From NCBI RefSeq assembly GCF_001194135.2, contig NC_069001.1:33612588-33676383 (forward strand): a stretch of DNA of 63,796 nt, written 5' to 3'. This DNA is from Octopus bimaculoides. Its lineage: Eukaryota. A model generated the notes under the pieces. It did not search any database, was not told the DNA's origin, and worked only from the letters and a program-made list of their open reading frames with translations. This document shows, one piece after another, positions 60,553-63,796 of this stretch (its first letter is position 1; each line of letters begins with the position of its first letter). A program made the translations under genes and the position numbers.

Positions 60553-63405
60553 CTGAAATAAAAGATCAGAAGAAAATTTCTTTTAGCAATCATTAATTCC
60601 AAAAATCATCTGCAAAATATGTTCTATCGGAAATGGTTCTTCTAAATCTGTGATTCCCAACGTGGGGCACATGTCCCACCATTAGGGAATGGTAATATAT
60701 TGGTGAGGTATTGCATAGTCACGGAAAAAAAAAAATCTTTATAATCCCTTCTATGGACAATTTTACCAAATTTTGGCTCCTCCAGTCAGAATCTTAAGAT
60801 CTGATGTCTCTAAAGTGGAAAATATCAGTCATAATTGATGTCTCTAAAGAGGCAATCCTGTAGGTAATTACAAACGTGTGTGTGTTTCTGTGCATGTATG
60901 TAGTATAGAACTGGCCAGTATTGAAAGCAATGCCATCTTAATTCCTTATGGAGAAATAAACTGGAGACAGACTTATGTGTGCAGGTGTGTCTAAGAGTAG
61001 TGACTTACCTCTGGCGGTGGTATTGCAGAGTATTGATAGGGCAATTAATGGCATTGCTGGGCAATGGATGAAAGAATTGAATGGTGTGTAACGGGTTGAA
61101 ATTGAGTGGAAGAAGAGAGAGGGAGACAGAGATTTATGGTCATTTTATTCCGTCCAGTCAGTTTNNNNNNNNNNNNNNNNNNNNNNNNNNNNNNNNNNNN
61201 NNNNNNNNNNNNNNNNNNNNNNNNNNNNNNNNNNNNNNNNNNNNNNNNNNNNNNNNNNNNNNNNTGCTCCAGCATGGCCACAGTCAAATGACTGAAACAA
61301 ATAAAAGAATATGGAGACCTGATGAGGAAATTATGGCTGCGTTCTCATGTACTATCTGCAGGATGGAGCTGTGCCTTTTCTGTAAGTTTCTCTCAAAACT
61401 CATGAAATCTTTCACTTTTGCTGGAAAGTTGGCAGAGTTTTGAGTAATGGAAACAAAGCAGTAGTCAAAGTAATTGACGTGGTGGGATGGGTCTATAAAT
61501 AATCAACTATACCCATCCCCTAAATATTAGGGCCTTGTAGTACCCATATTCAAATTTGACCAAAGATATCTTTGTCTTTCATCCTTTTTAGAGTCAATAA
61601 AATAGAAATACCAGTCAAATATTGATATAATTGACTGTACAACACCCCACAAAATCTGAAGCCTTTGTGCCTCTAACCAAGGAATCAATATTAATTAAAA
61701 GAAAGGTGTTATACCTGTGCCAGAAGACATTCCACTCTGATCAAAATTATAGGATTTTATTTCATCGTACCAATTGTCTGTAGCATTTTGACCTGAAGAA
61801 GAAATTAGGGAAAAACCATTTTCAACAGCTGATTTTAATGTAGACATTTATTAATTAATATATTTGCTTTTCTGTTTATGGAGAGATCACATCATCTAGT
61901 TATACTCCTTCCTCAGTATATAAAACCTACAACTGATATACAACTTATGTAATTTAATGGCTGTGTTACCGTTAAGAGACATTTAAAAACATTATCTGAA
62001 TGAAAAATCCTCCTTGAAAGCTGAAACGAAGGTTAAACTCACATCCACCTGTCAATTATTTGCAATGAGTGGATGACATCAAAACCATAATATTGGTGCT
62101 CCACCCTGGTGGTTGATTGTGGTAACACAAAACACCACAACCAGAAGTATGAGTTTTACATCCAGTGTGGGAATTCTTTTGAACAAAATATCGAAATCGA
62201 ACTAAATTTGTAGATTGGCACCCTTGCCAAAGCACCGTCCGAGCGTGATCGTTGCCAGAGCACCACCGTCCGAGCGTGATCGTTGCCAGAGCATCAGCTG
62301 TCTGGCTTTCGTGCCGGTGGCACGTAAATAGCATCATTTGAGCGTGATCGTTACCAACGTCGCCTCCCTGGCACTTGTGCCAGTGGCGCGTGAAAAGACA
62401 TTCGAGCGAGATCGTTGCCAGTACCGTTGGACTGGCTCCTGTGCAGGTGGCACGTAAAATACACCATTTCGAGCGTGGCAGTTGCCAGTACCTCCTGACT
62501 GGCCTTCGTGCCGGTGGCACGTAAAAGCAACCACTACACTCTCTGAGTGGTTGGCGTTAGGAAGGGCATCCAACTGTAGAAACTCTGCCAAATCAGATTG
62601 GAGCCTGGTGTAGCCATCTGGTTTCACCAGTCCTCAGTCAAATCGTCCAACCCATGCTAGCATGGAAAGCGGACGTTAAACGATGATGTTGATGATACAG
62701 CTGAACTGAAACAAGATAAAGATGAAATGCGACATTCCCATAGTTTCCCCTACAAACTTATTACCACACAGGCATGGCTGTATGGTAAGAAGTTTGCTTC
62801 CCAACCACATAGTTCGAAGTTCAGTCCCACACCACTATGAAGAGCTATAATGGATTAATGAAAATATTTTAGAGAGAACATATTCATAAAACCCCTTCAT
62901 CTGGATGATTGTTTCAATCGAAGATTACAGAATTGTTAACTGTGAACTTATTTTATCATACAACCTTAATCATAGACTGTTTTATTTATCTCTAAGCTCC
63001 CTCACGCCATTGGTCAAGGGCTCTGATTCTAACTTTTGGACTTAAAAAAAAAAGTAAGTAAAAGCAAAACACCAAACACTGACCTGTCAAAACTTCCCCA
63101 TCGGATGTCCATTTGTAAGCGACATTCTCGCCAACACTTTCTCCGTTAAGCTTGCAAGGACTGTGTTTTAAGGTCTTAATGGAAGCCAGATGATCGGCCC
63201 ACTTCTGGGCCATCTCACACAAATCTTTAGACAGCTTCAAGGTTGGCACACCATGTTTGGCACGATAACGGTTATGGGTTTTCAAAGCTGAGTCTTCGAG
63301 TTCCTTCTTTTGCTTTGCAGGTGAAACTTTGGTATCTTTTTTCGTTTTGTCCTTGGAAGGCACCGTCGAGATGGTTTCTGTGCGTGATGAGTGAATGCAA
63401 CCCAT
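60398..63405 (-). CDS. GLIPR2: GAPR-1/GLIPR2-like CAP (SCP/PR-1) domain protein, about 184 aa, 3 coding exons
   Basis: Minus-strand exons 63405-63084, 61792-61715 and 60552-60398, phase 1-1 GT-AG introns, total 555 nt. Motifs: [57 protein letters not shown], ending FRPKK* (human LPPKK*). No signal peptide; N-terminal MG as in GAPR-1. One-to-one orthology is not established. Confidence 0.9.
61715..61792 (-). CDS. GLIPR2: GAPR-1-like middle exon
   Basis: [26 protein letters not shown]. Confidence 0.92.
62226..62694 (+). mobile_element. Family C retroposon with 4-5 internal tandem units, in GAPR-1-like intron 1
   Basis: Repeated gagcgtgatcgttgccag...gtgccggtggcacgtaaaa units, then the conserved 3' end and GAT tail. 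Confidence 0.88.
63084..63405 (-). CDS. GLIPR2: GAPR-1-like first coding exon
   Basis: MGCIHSS...[16 protein letters not shown]; donor G|gtcagt; acceptor at 63505. Confidence 0.88.
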
Positions 63406-63796
63406 ATCGTAAGTAGGGGTCTTACGTTCAAAAAAGGATTTCGATTCCGAATTGGGAACTTTCTTGATTGATACAACTTGATTCCCACTTCTTGGGAGGC
63501 AAAACTGCAAAATAAATACAAATCCATTTGTAGTTGGTCAGAATTTTGATGATGGTTAAACGGGATAAAAATGGTGTTTTGACTATTTTGTCAGAACACT
63601 TTTTTTTTACATCATGATAGATTTTGTGTAAACCTCCCCCAACGTTTTGTAAATTGCCCCCTGTATTCCATCTTCATTCGTCTCCCTTGTAGCACATAAA
63701 GAAATCATCGATATTATTGTATGTTATTGTTGTCTGAGCTCGGATTAAAAACAGAAACGGTTGTGTCTGTTGACCTTCACAGCTCCTCAGAGATTT

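Noticed and set aside
62056-62627. 154-aa and 97-aa minus ORFs; similar ones at 48749-49012 and 51540-51854
   Set aside because: Translations of family C repeat units.
11640-63405. UBA5, FAN1 and GAPR-1 as a functional cluster (UFMylation, DNA repair, autophagy)
   Set aside because: Separate promoters and no shared elements are visible; adjacency alone is not evidence without conserved synteny or co-expression.

Overview
AT-rich, microsatellite- and SINE-dense eukaryotic DNA. The repeat families suggest a coleoid cephalopod, probably Octopus (inference). Three spliced genes can be rebuilt by hand with consistent GT-AG sites and phases. UBA5 (+, 12 coding exons, 11640-21324, about 398 aa) encodes the UFM1-activating E1 enzyme. 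FAN1 (+, 15 coding exons, 36456-59908, about 1001 aa) encodes the VRR-NUC nuclease. A GAPR-1/GLIPR2-like CAP-domain gene (-, 3 coding exons, 63405-60398, about 184 aa) lies tail-to-tail with FAN1. The rest is tRNA-derived SINEs, decayed LINEs (CR1/L2, RTE, R4/Dong-like), hAT/mariner/pogo remnants, foldback elements, microsatellites and five N gaps. I found no clearly new multi-gene system. The best leads are: a Gly-to-Lys change in the UBA5 UFM1/GABARAP-binding motif on an intron-split AAA codon that A-to-I editing could revert; a FAN1 N-terminus with canonical PIP and SIM motifs but no visible UBZ; a 70-bp hairpin element with a perfect 9-bp TSD near the FAN1 promoter; back-to-back poly(A) signals between FAN1 and GAPR-1; and a CpG step suggesting an unannotated transcription unit between UBA5 and FAN1. 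Repeat boundaries are approximate and family names were assigned by eye.
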